Assembly: GCA_009103225.1 (NCBI GenBank)
Contig: RHPI01002368.1
Location: 1,060,708 to 1,124,707 of the forward strand
DNA: 64,000 nucleotides
Source of the DNA: Chlorokybus atmophyticus
Lineage: Eukaryota > Plantae > Mesostigma and Chlorokybus algae
Direction: 5' to 3'
Each line of letters starts with the position of its first letter. The first letter of the stretch is position 1. Below, one piece after another: positions 48,693 through 61,431 of the stretch. The translations under genes were made by a program, and so were the position numbers. A model generated the notes under the pieces. The model was not told the origin of the DNA and did no database searches. It was given only the letters and a program-made list of their open reading frames with translations.

Positions 48693-49549
48693 CATGAGGA
48701 TGAGAAGAAGTCGGTCTTTGACTTTCGCGTGCCCACTGACCCACCAATACCTGCATCTTATGATCCTCCACCATGGATCGTCGTTGTTCGACAGCCCCAA
48801 GTTGACGATGAAGGCAACATGTTGGTTGTGGACTACCTGAAGCCTGCTCCTAATCCAGCGAGTGCCCGCCAAGGCCTGGCGCGGTGGGTGGTCAATAAAG
48901 ACTGTCGCAACCACAAGGTGTCACCCATTGCGGTCAAGAGGAAGCTGAACTGGCAGCAAGTTGATCAAGGCAGATGGCAAGAGCAGCCAACAACTGAGGT
49001 GGTGCGCATGTTCTATGACAGACATGTACTACAAGGCAGGAGAGCCCGAGGCATGTATGCACAACGATTTTTGGCAACAGTCCATGCGGCTGTCAAGGTG
49101 ACTGTCGTTGCGGCTGTCAATTGTGCTCATGTGTGGTTTCATGTTGTGAGTGGTTGACAGCCCGCAACAAGGCAATACGTGTCACTTACAGTCCATGCGG
49201 CTGTCAATTGTGCTCATGTGCTCATTTGTGCTTGTTGTGAGTGGTGATTACTGAAAGAAGGCATAAAAACACTGATGTTCATTTTAGGCATTAACACGCT
49301 TGTACTATACACAGATTATGTATACCAAGAAGGTTTAGATGTACCCCAGGATCCGCTGGTAGTACAAAAAGGCAATCGTTCTATGTATCTGCCTAGCGCG
49401 GGCTAAGGTATACATGGTGGGTTCAGACCTTACCGACTTGCGCCTTACCGCCTGAAACAAGCCTGGCGGTATCTTGTCAAGGCGTCCATGCCTTCAGGGG
49501 TATGCAGCCACTGCAATGCAGCTTGGAATACGGTAGGGGTTGTCGCCTG

Positions 49550-49671
49550 TGTAATGCCGGTTAATGTGGAATAGGCTAAGAAGGGCTTATGAAGCATTAA
49601 TAAACAATACACAACCTCTCATGGCAGCGACTTTTGCTACCATGGCTTAGTCGGCTAAGCCCCGCGTTACA
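49550..49671 (+). mobile_element. Solo TRIM LTR (122 bp), TSD GCCTG
   Basis: Same sequence as the TRIM LTRs; GCCTG at 49545-49549 and 49672-49676. Confidence 0.94.
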
Positions 49672-50127
49672 GCCTGCAACACGGCCGGCTGCACACGAAG
49701 CGGAGCCATCCGCCTGTCAAGTTGCTCAAGGAAGTCAAGGAATGATGGCATGGTGAGGAACATCGCTTCAGAGATTGAAGTGATGTTGACTTCACTGATG
49801 ACTTGGGCCTCTCGCAGAATGCCAGTGTAGTGTGCATCCGCGTTACGGTGGAAGTTGAGGAATCCAGCCATCGAATTCTCCCAACCCTCAAATCCTCCCT
49901 GTCCACCTGGTCTGTTGCGCTGATGCAAATTCTTTAGGTGGACTAAACGCTGCATCAAGTGGCGTTGCCATCCCGCACCCTGTGTAAACCTGTTGGTCCA
50001 GCCAGCAACTAAGGCGGTCGGACCACCCGCCAGCACGTCGTCACGCCCGTGACTTCGCAAGTTCACAAAGAGATTCGTCACCTCACGCGCCCATTCCCGA
50101 ATGGTGTTGATGAAGTCATGCGCACGG

Positions 50128-53100
50128 TGTTGAGAGTACCTACATACAATCAGCATCGACCCTCCACACAGGAGTAGAAGGTCGTAAGGACGAGCACTAG
50201 GTCCGGACTTAGCAAGATGGCGTCGTCGGACCAGACTCCGGACTCCAGACTAGAGCCTTACTAACTGCTTTGTATCTCCGCGTATACTTACTCATATTAG
50301 GCATGTAAGAGCTTGTTGGAAAGCTCTAGTTGTAAGGAAGACAACGCAGCTAAGAGCGCGTCAAAAGGTTGAGTATAGCTTACGCAGTGCTTGCAAACGT
50401 AGACGTGTGTGTAACTGGCTGGTATAAGAACCAGCGGACAACTTGTAATAGATGAATGTGATGTGACTTGTGTATGATCTGGTGGCGGTAGCTTTGACTC
50501 TGTGTGTCTATGCCTGCCTCAACTACATGTGCATGCTAGTCCTTTAGCAGGTTATGGGCCCACACAATGCTGGAGGAGTGTGAGACTAGCTTGTGTGCAT
50601 GATAGTTCTACACTACGGTAGCTTGTTGGTAGCAGAGCCTTGGGTGTCAACTGCATATGAAGGCAGGCACGACAAAAACGGAGGCGACCTACGACAAGGG
50701 CAGATTGCAAAGTTGGACACTGACAACTACAACACGTGGTGCGTGGAGATGAAGGCTTTGCTTATCCATAAGAAGGTGTGGAAGTATGTTGATCCGAAGG
50801 CACCACCACCAACACCAGGAGCAAACACTGTGTGGTCAGAGCATTCAGCAGAAGCACACTCTTTGCTTGTGTTGAACTGCAAACCGCATCACTTTCCCAT
50901 GCTCACTGCATGTGAAGATGGTAGACAAGCTTGGGAAAAGCTATCGGCCGTTTCAAGAGCCAAGAACAACGCCAGAAAGTTGCAGCTACGCAAGCAACTG
51001 AGCGCACTCAGGAAGGAGGCAGTAGAACCCATCACAAAGTATGTTGCACGCGCGAGAGAGCTGTGGGCGGACCTTATTAACGTCGGCCACGACATGGGGG
51101 AGACGGAGGTTGTGCTGGCTGTTGTTGCAGGGCTACCAGCAGAGTACGAGGTCGTTGCAACACTGCTGGAGACATCGTCATCAGAGCTGACGCTAGATGA
51201 TGTACTACCAAAGCTGCTCACCGTGGAGCAAAGAATGATGAAGAAGGACGAGCAAGCGGATGCCGTGGCCTTCTACACCAACAAGCACGGGAAGAAGAGC
51301 AACCATGAAGAGAAGAACAAGGGCAACAAGCTGGGCAATCCTCGTCACAAAGACCTCACATGCCACTGGTGTGGTTGGAAGGGGCACATTGTTAAGGACT
51401 GTAGGAAGAAACAATAGGGGCAACCTAGAGCACCAGCAACAGCGGCAACGAGCACCAACACAAGGAGAAACATGTCGCCTTCACTGCATCCAGTTCGAGG
51501 GCGGGCATAGCTTTCTGGGTGGTGGACTCTGGCTGCGATCGTCATCTCACACCAAACAAGGAGGTGATGGAGGGCTACAGGAAGCTGACGTCCACAATAA
51601 AGGTGGCGGGCTTCGGTAGCGAAGTACTGGTGGCTGAGGGAGTTGGCAACGTACGACTTCAGTGCAAGGTTGGTAACACACTACGCGAGGTGTTGTTATG
51701 CAACGTCCTGCATGTTCTTAAAGCTATTGCGAGTCTATTCTTTGTGATGGTTGCGGAGCGTCTAGGCGCGGAGATCCTATTTCGGAAGGGTGGCTGCACA
51801 GTCATCCTTGATGGGGTCGTGCACATGGTTGGAATCGCTGATCCGGGAGGGCTCTACCACGTGGAGCAGCACCCTAAGGACATTGACATTCAAGCCATGG
51901 TGGTGAAGGACAAGGAGTTGCCAACATTGTGGCATCGAAGGTTCGGGCATCTCAGCTACGTCAACCTCACTCACCTTGTTGCTGAGAAGATGGTCAAGGG
52001 CATCCATTTTAGCACAGAAGAACTCAAGAATGCATCAGGTGCACTTTGTGAACCATGCCTGGTTGCAAAGCAGCATGCTATGCCATTCCCATCATCCTCT
52101 TCTAGCAGTCAGCATCTATGCGAGCTTGTGCACCTGGATGTCTGTGGCCCTATGCGCGTTGTGGCAAAGGGAGGGGCCAGGTACTTTGCTACATTCCTCG
52201 ACAACTACAGCAAGCTGTCCATCATCTTTCCATTGACGCTCAAGTTAGAAGTTGCTGGAGCTGTGCGCACAGTTGTGGCCTTGTTGAAGACGCAGTCTAG
52301 CAACAAGATGAAAGCAATGAGGAGTGACCGAGGAGGGGAGTACATCAACAAGGAGTTGAACGAGTTCTTCGCCAGCAAGGGCATACGCCACGAAACAACG
52401 GCACCCTACACCCCGCAGCAGAATGGAGCAGCTAAACGCCTCAACAGGACACTCTTGGAGTGTGTTCGAGCCATGCTCAACGACACAAAGATGGAAGACA
52501 GCTTGTGGAAGGAGGCGGTACTTACTGCCAACTACATCCGCAACAGGTCTTCGGTGAGCTCAGAGCAGAAGACTCCGTGGGAGCACTTCTATGGAGCCAC
52601 ACCAGATGTGAGTGGTATGCGTGTGTTTAGATGCACGGCATATGCACTAGTGCCTAAACAGCTCAGGCACAAGCTGGAGCCGGTCAGCAAAAAGGGCATC
52701 TTCATTGGCCATGAACCGGGTTCCAAGGCTTACATGATCTTGCTCGAGGACACTCAGAAGATCATCGTGAGCAGAGAGATGGTTTTCCATAAGGGATTAT
52801 CACAACCAGAAGCAGGCTTCTTTCCGGGAGATGACGATGAAATACAGCCACAGGAGCACCCTAAGATAGTGGAGGCTGAGGGCGAGGCAGTCATCAACAA
52901 CAAGGGTGAGCGAGACTCAATTGTAGCAGGCCAGAAGGGGCCGCACATCTCCGAGATGCGTGCTCCTGCTGCAGGTGCGGCCCCTTCTGGCCTGCAGCAG
53001 GAGCACGCATCTCGGAGATACCCAGTGAGGGAGAGAAAGGCACCCGACTTCTTACACAAGGCACACGTCGCCAGTGTGCACAATGAGGAGCCAAGCACCT

Positions 53101-55092
53101 ACGAGGAGGCATTGTTAGCACCAGATGCGGAGCAATGGCAGCGTGCTATGGACGAGGAGATTGCGTCACTTTATGCCAACAACACTTGGTCACTAGAGCA
53201 GTTACCGCAAGGAGTGAAGACCATTCCAGTGAGGTGGGTCTTCCAGGCGAAGCGTGATGGTCATGGCAACATAGAGCGCTACGAGGCAAGACTGGTGGCA
53301 AAGGGCTCCTTGCAGCAGGAAGGTGTGGACTTCAACGAAGTGTTTGCACCTGCAAGTAAGCATACCACCTTCCGTGCACTGCTAGCTATGGTTGCTGCTG
53401 AAGACCTAGAGCTGCATCACCTGGATGTGAAGACTACCTTCCTCTACGGAGAGCTGGAGGAGGAGATCTTCATCGAGCAACCACCTGGATATGAAGAAGG
53501 GGAGAGAGGCACAGCGTGCAAGCTGATCAAGGCACTGTACGGGCTGCGACAGGCACCGCGTATGTGGCACATCAAGCTCACCAAGGAGCTGGAGGCACTT
53601 GGCTTCACCGCATCCTCTGCAGACCTTGGGCTCTTCATCCATGCAAACAACAAGGTCTGGCTGCTCGTGTATGTTGATGATATCATCATCACCGCCAGGC
53701 AGGTGCACCACCTGCAGGAGACACAACTTGCTCTACAGCAAGCATTCTCAGTCCGTGATCTTGGAGAGGCCAAGTGGTTCCTTGGCATGGTGATTGAGCG
53801 CGATAGGGCTGCTCGCACAATCGGAATCAGTCAAGAGCAGATGGTGAGCAGACTCGTCACCAAGTTCGGGCTCACTGAAGCGAAGACCAAGACCACACCG
53901 TTGGCACTTGGGACTGCCTTCTGATGAAGGCAAAGGATGAGAAGGTACTCGACAAGGCTCAGTATCCATATGGTGAGCTGGTAGGCAGCATGCTCTATCT
54001 GGCAGTGTGCACACGTCCCGATGTTGCACATGATGTGGGAGTACTTGCTCGCTACATGTCTGCACCGAGCATGGAGCACTGAAGAGCAGCAAAGGGAGTA
54101 CTACGCTATGTTGCTGGGAGCGCAACAATTGGCATCAGATTTGGGAGCGGGAGCATTGAGTTGGAGGGCTACTGCGACTCGGACTTTGCTGGTGACCTCA
54201 GCAGCAGGAGGTCCACTACAGGCTACGTCTTCAAGCGGAACGGAGGCGTGGTGAGCTGGAACAGCAGGCTGCAGCCAACAACAGCAGCATCTACATCAGA
54301 GGCTGAGTACATGGCAGCGGCAGCAGCAGTGAAGGAGGCACTATGGCTTCGCAAGCTCATGGCAGACTTGGAGCACCCCATGGCGTGCATCGTCATCAAC
54401 TGTGACAACCAAGGAGCCATCAAGTTGTTCAAGCACCCTATCGCCTCAGCAAGGACGAAGCACATTGATGTCATGCATTACTTTGTGCGTGACAGAGTCA
54501 CAAGGAAGGAAGTGGAGTTCCAGTACTGCAACATCGAGGGCATGCTAGCGAACTTCATGACAAAGCCATTGTCACCGCTCAAGTTCAAGACTTGTTGCGC
54601 AGGACTTGGCATTTGTGTTTAACAATAAAAGCAAGCGTTGGAGGTCAAGCTGCTCACGTGGGAGTGTTGGAAGTCATTCCTACATACGATCAGCATCGAC
54701 CCTCCACACAGGGGTAGATGGTCGTAAGGACGAGCACTAGGTCCGGACTTAGCAAGATGGCGTCGTCGGACCAGACTCCGGAAGCCAGACTGGAGCCTTA
54801 CTAACTGCTTTGTATCTCCGCGTATACTTACTCATATTAGGCGTAAGAGCTTGTTGGAAAGCTCTAGTTGTAAGGAAGACAACGCAGCTAAGAGCGCGTC
54901 AAAAGGCTGAGTATAGCTTACGCAGTGCAAACGTTGCAAACGTAGACGTGTGTGTAACTGGCTGGTATAAGAACCAGCGGACAACTTGTAATAGATGAAT
55001 GTGATGTGACTTGTGTATGATCTGGTGGCGGTAGCTTTGTCTCTGTGTGTCTATGCTTGCCTCAACTACATGTGCATGCTAGTTCTTCAACA
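50128..55092 (+). mobile_element. Complete Ty1/copia element family A, TSD CACGG
   Basis: LTRs 50128-50549 and 54665-55092. CACGG at 50123-50127 and 55093-55097. PBS GGTTATGGGCCC at 50550. Domain order gag-PR-IN-RT-RH. Confidence 0.97.
50678..54622 (+). pseudogene. Copia gag-pol with start codon ATG>ACG, an in-frame stop at 51415 and frameshifts
   Basis: VDSGCDRH, WHRRFGH, VHLDVCGP, RSDRGGEY, LLVYVDDIII, GYCDSDFAGD and KHIDVMHYFVRD motifs. Confidence 0.95.
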
Positions 55093-55393
55093 CACGGTGA
55101 TGTTCAAGCTGCTGCTGTTGCTGCCAAAGCTGGTTCTGCAGCTGCGTTTGTTGCTGTTGCGCTTGCTGAAGCTGTAGCTGCATATCCTGGAGGTGTTCAA
55201 CAAGTTGTTGCGGTGGCTGCGGGAGCTGTTGTAGAGCCTTTGGAATGGTCTACCCCATCCTGGAGGGCTTTCTCCGTCTTCGCTTGATTGGACTCCCTAT
55301 CTGCGCAGTCGTACTGATTCTGCAGGCTGTCCAGTGCCTCTTGTTTAGGCCGCTCATCGAGTGCAGCGTAGAGCTCCACCGATAGCTGTTCTA

Positions 55394-55847
55394 TGTTGAC
55401 ATACACACGTGCAAGTGACACGCCAACAACATAAACACAAGAGCATGACTGCTACTGCCGCCATAGCATCCGCACACATGCTACATCGTGACCTCTTATC
55501 TTCATTGCAACAAGTCTGGGCTTTATACCCCGCCAGTCTCTACACACGTCTACATTGGTAAGCACCGCGTGCGCTATACTCAGCCGATTGCTGTTTTGTA
55601 AGCTACGCTGTCTAGCTTACAACCAGAGCTTTCCAACAAACTAAGCCACGCTTGCTAAGCTTACGTATACACAAAGCTACGCGGTTTCTCCCAACGCTCT
55701 ACTCAGCATCTGGTCCGGAGTCCGTCCTGGCTCGACCATCTTGCTAAGTCCGGAGTCCACGTGCTCAGCCCATACATTGGACTCTCGACTCTTGTGTAGA
55801 GGGCAAGCTGACCGGATACAAGCATCGCCCATGTGATACCTTCAACA
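55394..55847 (-). mobile_element. Solo copia LTR (family D), TSD TTCTA
   Basis: TGTTG...CAACA flanked by TTCTA at 55389-55393 and 55848-55852. Shares the CGGTCAGCTTGCCCT and TATA-hairpin motifs with families A-C. Confidence 0.9.
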
Positions 55848-58800
55848 TTCTAGCCTGTCAACGTTTCTCTGCGCCTCCCCCAACTGTTGCTGCACCTCTC
55901 CCAACTGCTTCTCTGCATTCTCAGCTCACACTCTCACTTTGTTGACAGCCTCAGTGTTGATTTGCGCGTGCCCCAATTGTTGCTCCAGCTCTCGATTGCG
56001 GGCTCGCACCTCTTCCAACTGCTTCTCTGCTCGCTCAGCTCTCTCTGTCAGTGCGTTGACAGTCTCAGTGCTGACAGCCCCAGTAACAGGTCGTGCCGCT
56101 TGCTGCTGCAGCTTGAGTAGCTGTTCCCTTGTACGGTGCAGCTTTTTACCAACATTGGCCGCCGCACTTGAGGTGGACACCAGCTGCTGCACCCGTTCCA
56201 ACAGACTCGCGTTGCGCTGATGGTACTCGTGAAGCACCGCATCGGTGGAGCGCCAACGGTTCTCTGCGTCTGCCGCCATGGTGGTCATCGATGCGTTTGA
56301 TGCTGCAACCTCCTGCTGTGCCTAAAGCAACTGCCGGCGCAGACTGTCAACCTCCTCAGCATTGGATACCGCCGCCAACTCCCTTTGCTGCAGCTCCTCA
56401 GCATAGAATTTTGCTGCCAACTCCCTTTACTGCAGCTGCTGCCGTAGCAGTTTGTCTTCACGGGTGAAGTTGTCAGCCAGCAGCCTACGCTGCCGGTGTG
56501 ACTCCTCCAGATTGTTGAGAGCACGTTCAAATTGCTTCTTGCGCATCTTATCGAAGTTACGCATGGACTCCTGCAAGACCGTGTCACTGATCTGTGCCCG
56601 CTCGTTGGCATCCTGCAGCAGCAAAATGAAAAGTGAGTCCACACACTGGCCAGCAGAGCATTGCCAACGTATACCAAACTCTGTGACAGTCGTCAACGAA
56701 AAACCATTGAGGACTGTCAACAGTTTGTGCCCATGCGAGCGCAAACTGTATGCTGCAAGCCTTGTTGATAGCCCATGTGTGTATAAACTGTACCTTTGCT
56801 GCAGATGCCAGGTTTTGCACGGCTTGCAATGCAGCGTCGAGGTCCGCGGCGTGCACGCTATCGGCTTCTCGCATCTTCACAAGCGCCTCGGGCTCAGCGC
56901 CGGGAGTCAGATCCCGGGCGACATTTTGCAGAAGTAGAGGCGGCCATGTGGCGTACTTGGTGTTGGCGTATTCGCTGGTGGTGTCGGACCTGCGACAACT
57001 TTTCGCAGACATTCTCTGAACGAAGAGCCTGATAGCTGCAAGGTTGATAGCTGCAAGGTTCCGGTAGGGGTGGACTGTTCAGTTGATGGCGTGGTCGATT
57101 GCGCAGTTCCTTTTGTGGCTGCTGGCAGGTCCTGGCGCTGCTTTTTGGACGGTGGTGGAGTAAGAGGAGGGGGACCTTCTATTCTCCTAGTAGGTAGCTT
57201 GGGACTGTCAACACGTGGAGGGTCTGGGGCTTGCGTACTGATGCCAGCTGGCGTACAAGTAACAGGGGGAGGTGCCGGTGGGCCATGGGGATTGTGAGGG
57301 GGAGGGGACGGTGGGCCATGGGGGTTGTAAGTGGGACTGTGAGGGGGACTATTCTCTGGCCTGTCAGACCGCATGGGCCTTAGACCAGTGGTGGGTGGAC
57401 GCATGTTGGCGCGCTCGAGCCAAGTCCACAGGGGATGCGAATCAATCTCTGTATCACTCATGGGGTTCACAGGTTTAGGCCTAGCAGGCATCGCCTGAGC
57501 CGCAGTGGAAGGCTCCGTCATGGCTTCCAATGCACGTGCTGCATCAGCCTCCTTGTGCTGCTCCTTCTTCTCCTCGTGCTCGATCTGCTCGTTGACGATG
57601 ACACGCAGCGCGTCTTGCATCTCCTCGGAGAGGAGCTTCTTCTTGCATTTTTGAAGAATAGCTGTTATCTTCTTCTCCCAATGCTTTTCCCTTTCCTCCT
57701 GCTGCAGTTCAAGCGATACAGCCTGCCGGGTAAGAGCTTTCTCCCTGGCAGCCAGGCCAAGTGTTTGAGCTTGGTGCGCCTCGACAGACTTGGTGTGGAT
57801 GGCGGCCATTTTCTCCTGCAAACAAAGGTAACAAGTTAGGGCTCTGTGTGGAATGTTTGGTGGCCTACATGGCAACGTACCCTAAGCACATTCTCTTGTG
57901 TAATCCGTAGCTCTAGGTCTTTAATGACTTGTTTGAGGTCGTCTACTTGTCTGTTTGCTGCCTCTTTCATTTCATAGGCAGCGTCATACACAGCTTTACA
58001 GAAGTAAACAGATATTTGGCGCTGAACATGAGCTTCAGGGTCTATCTGTTGACAGAGGTGCATACTCTATTGGTTGTTGGCATGCAATCCGCGGTGCAGC
58101 TCACGAACTGCACGGCGATTTGCATGCCAACAACAGACCGTAAAAAGGGACTGTCAATATACATGCCCTGCTCTACAAGAATACATAACTTGCCATTGAT
58201 CTGGTGCGCTTCAGCTTGACAGCACGGGTGAGCAACCGCCTGGAATACGCCCTAGCACTCTCGCCCGGCTCCCTTAGCGCCTTGCTCGTTACTAGCCACA
58301 TAGCGTCCTCCATGGCCAGCCCCCCAGCCATATACGAACTTCTGCGCAACATCTTCCATTCTCCACAGTTGGGTCTGCAACCAAAAAGGCCACTTGATGT
58401 CCTGTGACAGATTGACAGTCTGCATTGACAGTCTGGCATTGACAGCTGCCTAACAAGCAAGCATTCATGCAACAATGCAACCACTTACTTTGTCTGTCTT
58501 CCCATCAGGTGGCCCACGGAAAGGGTCATAGTCTAATAGTAGCTCCTCTCCTGCCTGTATATCCTTGATTGCATACACAGTGACAGCTGGCTTGCCAGCG
58601 TCATCGAAGTCCGGCCAGAGCATGGCGTTGGGCTCACGCTGTTGCCCGTGTACGGAATTGATGTAGGCTGCCACATTGCCAGTGCGGGGGTGGCCATCGA
58701 TAACAACCTGATATTTGTTTTTTTAGGGGGGGCGGGAACAGGTGGACGTGATATTGTCTGTGGTGTTAAAAGCCGGTTGTTAGCTGGCAACTGCGGAAGA

Positions 58801-60024
58801 CATCCGCTGCTCCTGGTATGTGAACCATTTGCCATCGTATGGCATCAGATATTCCTCTGCAAAGTTGCACACAGGTCATCAGTGATAAGCACAGGTGTAT
58901 ACACAAACATGTCGCGTATACACGTGCACGCACCGTTCGCTATGTCCTAGCGGGCAAACAGTCCCAGTCCAACACCAGTAATTGTGGAGTCCTTGATCTC
59001 CCAGTTGTGCAGGTGATACTTGGAACTTCGCTTTGACCGGAATGCTTGTGGATGCTTTCACATCCTTTAAATAATTCAGCCGCCACAGCTGGTGCTTGTC
59101 TCTCGCTCCACGATGGATGAGCTTCAGGTTGGGAATCTCATTGTCAGTCTGTTTAAAGCAGTGGTCAGTTGCAATGCTGTGAGAGCCACACAGATGACAG
59201 TCTTGCTTGACAGTCCTCTAAGCAGGGGGGGGGTGGGGGTATTCACGACATATGCTTACCCTCAAGACGTCGTCCAACAGGTTGGGTGGCTGTGTGGTGC
59301 CCGTGGAACTGTAGCGTTTCACATTGAACCTCTGCATCTCTTGAAGAGCTGCACGGAACTCTTCTTTGGGATCCTCCGCAGGTTCTTTGCCGCGTTGCTG
59401 TGCGGAGGATTTACACAATGATGGACTTGTTGAGACATCTGCAGTCTCCTCCGAGTCTGCCTCCTCGCTTCCTTCCGGCTCCTGTTGCTGTTGCAATTGC
59501 TGCTGCTGCCGCTGCTGCTGCTGCTGCGCCTGCTGCTGCGCTTGCTCCGCTTGCTCCTCTTCCACCTCCAACTGCGTATTGCGAGGTCAAAAGATATACT
59601 GCCTTGACAGCCGTCCCGCTTCGTCTCACAGTTCTTGCGTCTGTAACCTTGGGTAAGTAAGAATGCCGCGATGATTGGTGTACAAATGCATAAACTCACC
59701 ATCCTGGGATGGCCATGACTTTTGCCATTTGTAGTACTTCAGCAACGCGACATGTGGGTGAGGGTGGGCCGGGAATTGATCCTTCTGCAATACGCTGCTG
59801 GTGAGTTTCTCGTGCAATGGGACATGTCACGCAAATGTAAGTTGATAACTAGGCTGATAGAACAAAACAACATCATGCAAGTGACATGCACAGGATCCCA
59901 GCAGCGACTGTCAATGCGATGCGCGATGCGCCATGGCACAGAGCTGACAGCCCATGCATGTCGTAAACAATCTTGATTGTTGAACGTTCTTACCTTGATG
60001 GCTTGCTGGTATTGAAGCCCCATA

Positions 60025-60454
60025 TGTTGAGAGTCATTCCTACATACAATCAGCATCGACCCTTCACACAGGAGTAGAAGGTCGTAAGGACGAGCACTAG
60101 GTCCGGACTTAGCAAGATGGCGTCGTCGGACCAGACTCCGGACTCCAGACTGGAGCCTTACTAACTGCTTTGTATCTCCGCGTATACTTACTCATATTAG
60201 GCGTGTAAGAGCTTGTTGGAAAGCTCTAGTTGTAAGAAAGACAACGCAGCTTAGAGCGTGTTAAAAGGCTGAGTATAGCTTACGCAGTGCAAACGTTGCA
60301 AACGTAGACGTGTGTGTAACTGGCTGGTATAAGAACCAGCGGACAACTTGTAATAGATGAATGTGATGTGACTTGAGTATGCTCTGGTGGCGGTAGCTCT
60401 GTCTCTGTGTGTCTATGCTTGCCTCAGCTACATGTGCATGCTAGTCCTTCAACA
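60025..60454 (+). mobile_element. Solo copia LTR (family A), TSD CCATA
   Basis: Closely matches 50128-50549; CCATA at 60020-60024 and 60455-60459. Confidence 0.95.
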
Positions 60455-60981
60455 CCATAGCCTTGCACACATCCTGGTCCTCCCTACCGCCCCGGTTGTT
60501 GATCATGCGCACGCATCGGCACACCTGCGTGTTGAAGTGCTGTCCGATTTTGGTGGGCTTGATCTCTCCCCCAGTTGGTTGACCCTTGCATCACGGTGAC
60601 CAGCTTGCACATTGCACATGCAGAACGGGCAGCCCCAGATAAACGGCGCCCCTGTGGACGCCCGCCTTCGTTACATGATGTCCAACTGCCTGTCAATCCT
60701 TCTCCTAGCGACTGTCTTGTACAACTCCTCACAGCTCCGCACACCTCTCCTCGCTTCACCCTGCGCCTTAAGCTACACCCACAACCACACCCACAATAAA
60801 AGCAAACTATACCAGCGAGACCATGCAACGGCTATATACGCCGCCAACCTCCCGTCCCATCGATAATGTCCCATCAATGACAGCCGCCAAGTTGGTGAGT
60901 CCCTAGCCCTAACACTGCTAACCCTTGACAGCCGCATTGTAAATTCTACGCAATTTGTTGCTAGCAGTGCGTTTGGCGTCG

Positions 60982-61030
60982 ATTTGATTTGATTCGATTC
61001 GATGATTCGATTCGATTCAATTCGATTCAA
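60982..61030. repeat. (GATTC/GATTT)n pentanucleotide repeat between the divergent cargo genes of CACTA-2
   Basis: GATTTGATTTGATTCGATTCGATGATTCGATTCGATTCAATTCGATTC read directly. Confidence 0.85.
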
Positions 61031-61431
61031 TGAAGACCCCAAGATATAACAAGTGAGTCTAGGGATCGACAGCCGCGTCGCTAGCTTTGTCAGTTCCATT
61101 GATTGTGTCGCACTGCATTTGGCACTGCACAATTGCGGCTTGTGCGGCGGTCTCAATGCTTGTGCGGTTCGTGCGACTGTCCATATGGAATACAGCAGGA
61201 CTTGACAGTCCTAGTGAGTGAGTAGTGAGTTCGCTTGCGAGTTTGCATGCGCCCTGGTTGTGTATTGCTTGAAAGATTGCACTATTCATTTGTGGTTTGC
61301 TGCTTGAGCTGTCAGCGCTTACTTGAAAGGTGTTTGTTTTGCTTTGAAGCTTGCATGCCTTGTTGATTGCGCGCTGAGTCACTGTCTGTGCACTAAGTTC
61401 GCTTGCTTGTTCAGGTTGTTCAGCTGACATT

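Larger units (their letters stand above)
46412..49157 (+). pseudogene. CACTA-2 transposase, C-terminal half (DUF4218-like, BAH-like, Tudor-like), interrupted by a TRIM
   Basis: SPLWRHW, VFDTMH, HGHHDVFGCYAFER, IKEKGILIG, DGLVYR and ADIPLPVWPKAGDVL align with family 1. Confidence 0.88.
49445..60760 (-). pseudogene. CACTA-2 cargo gene: Zn-finger-like, polyQ/acidic, SET domain, coiled coil; broken by four LTR insertions and stops
   Basis: FIWGCPFCMCNVQAGH...KIGQH exon near 60500-60650. SET motifs EIKDSTITGVGLGLFAR, YDGKWF, GHPRTGNVAAYINS and GEELLLDYDPF at 58527-58995. The frame rejoins across the TSD-flanked insertions. The 5' boundary is approximate. Confidence 0.75.
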
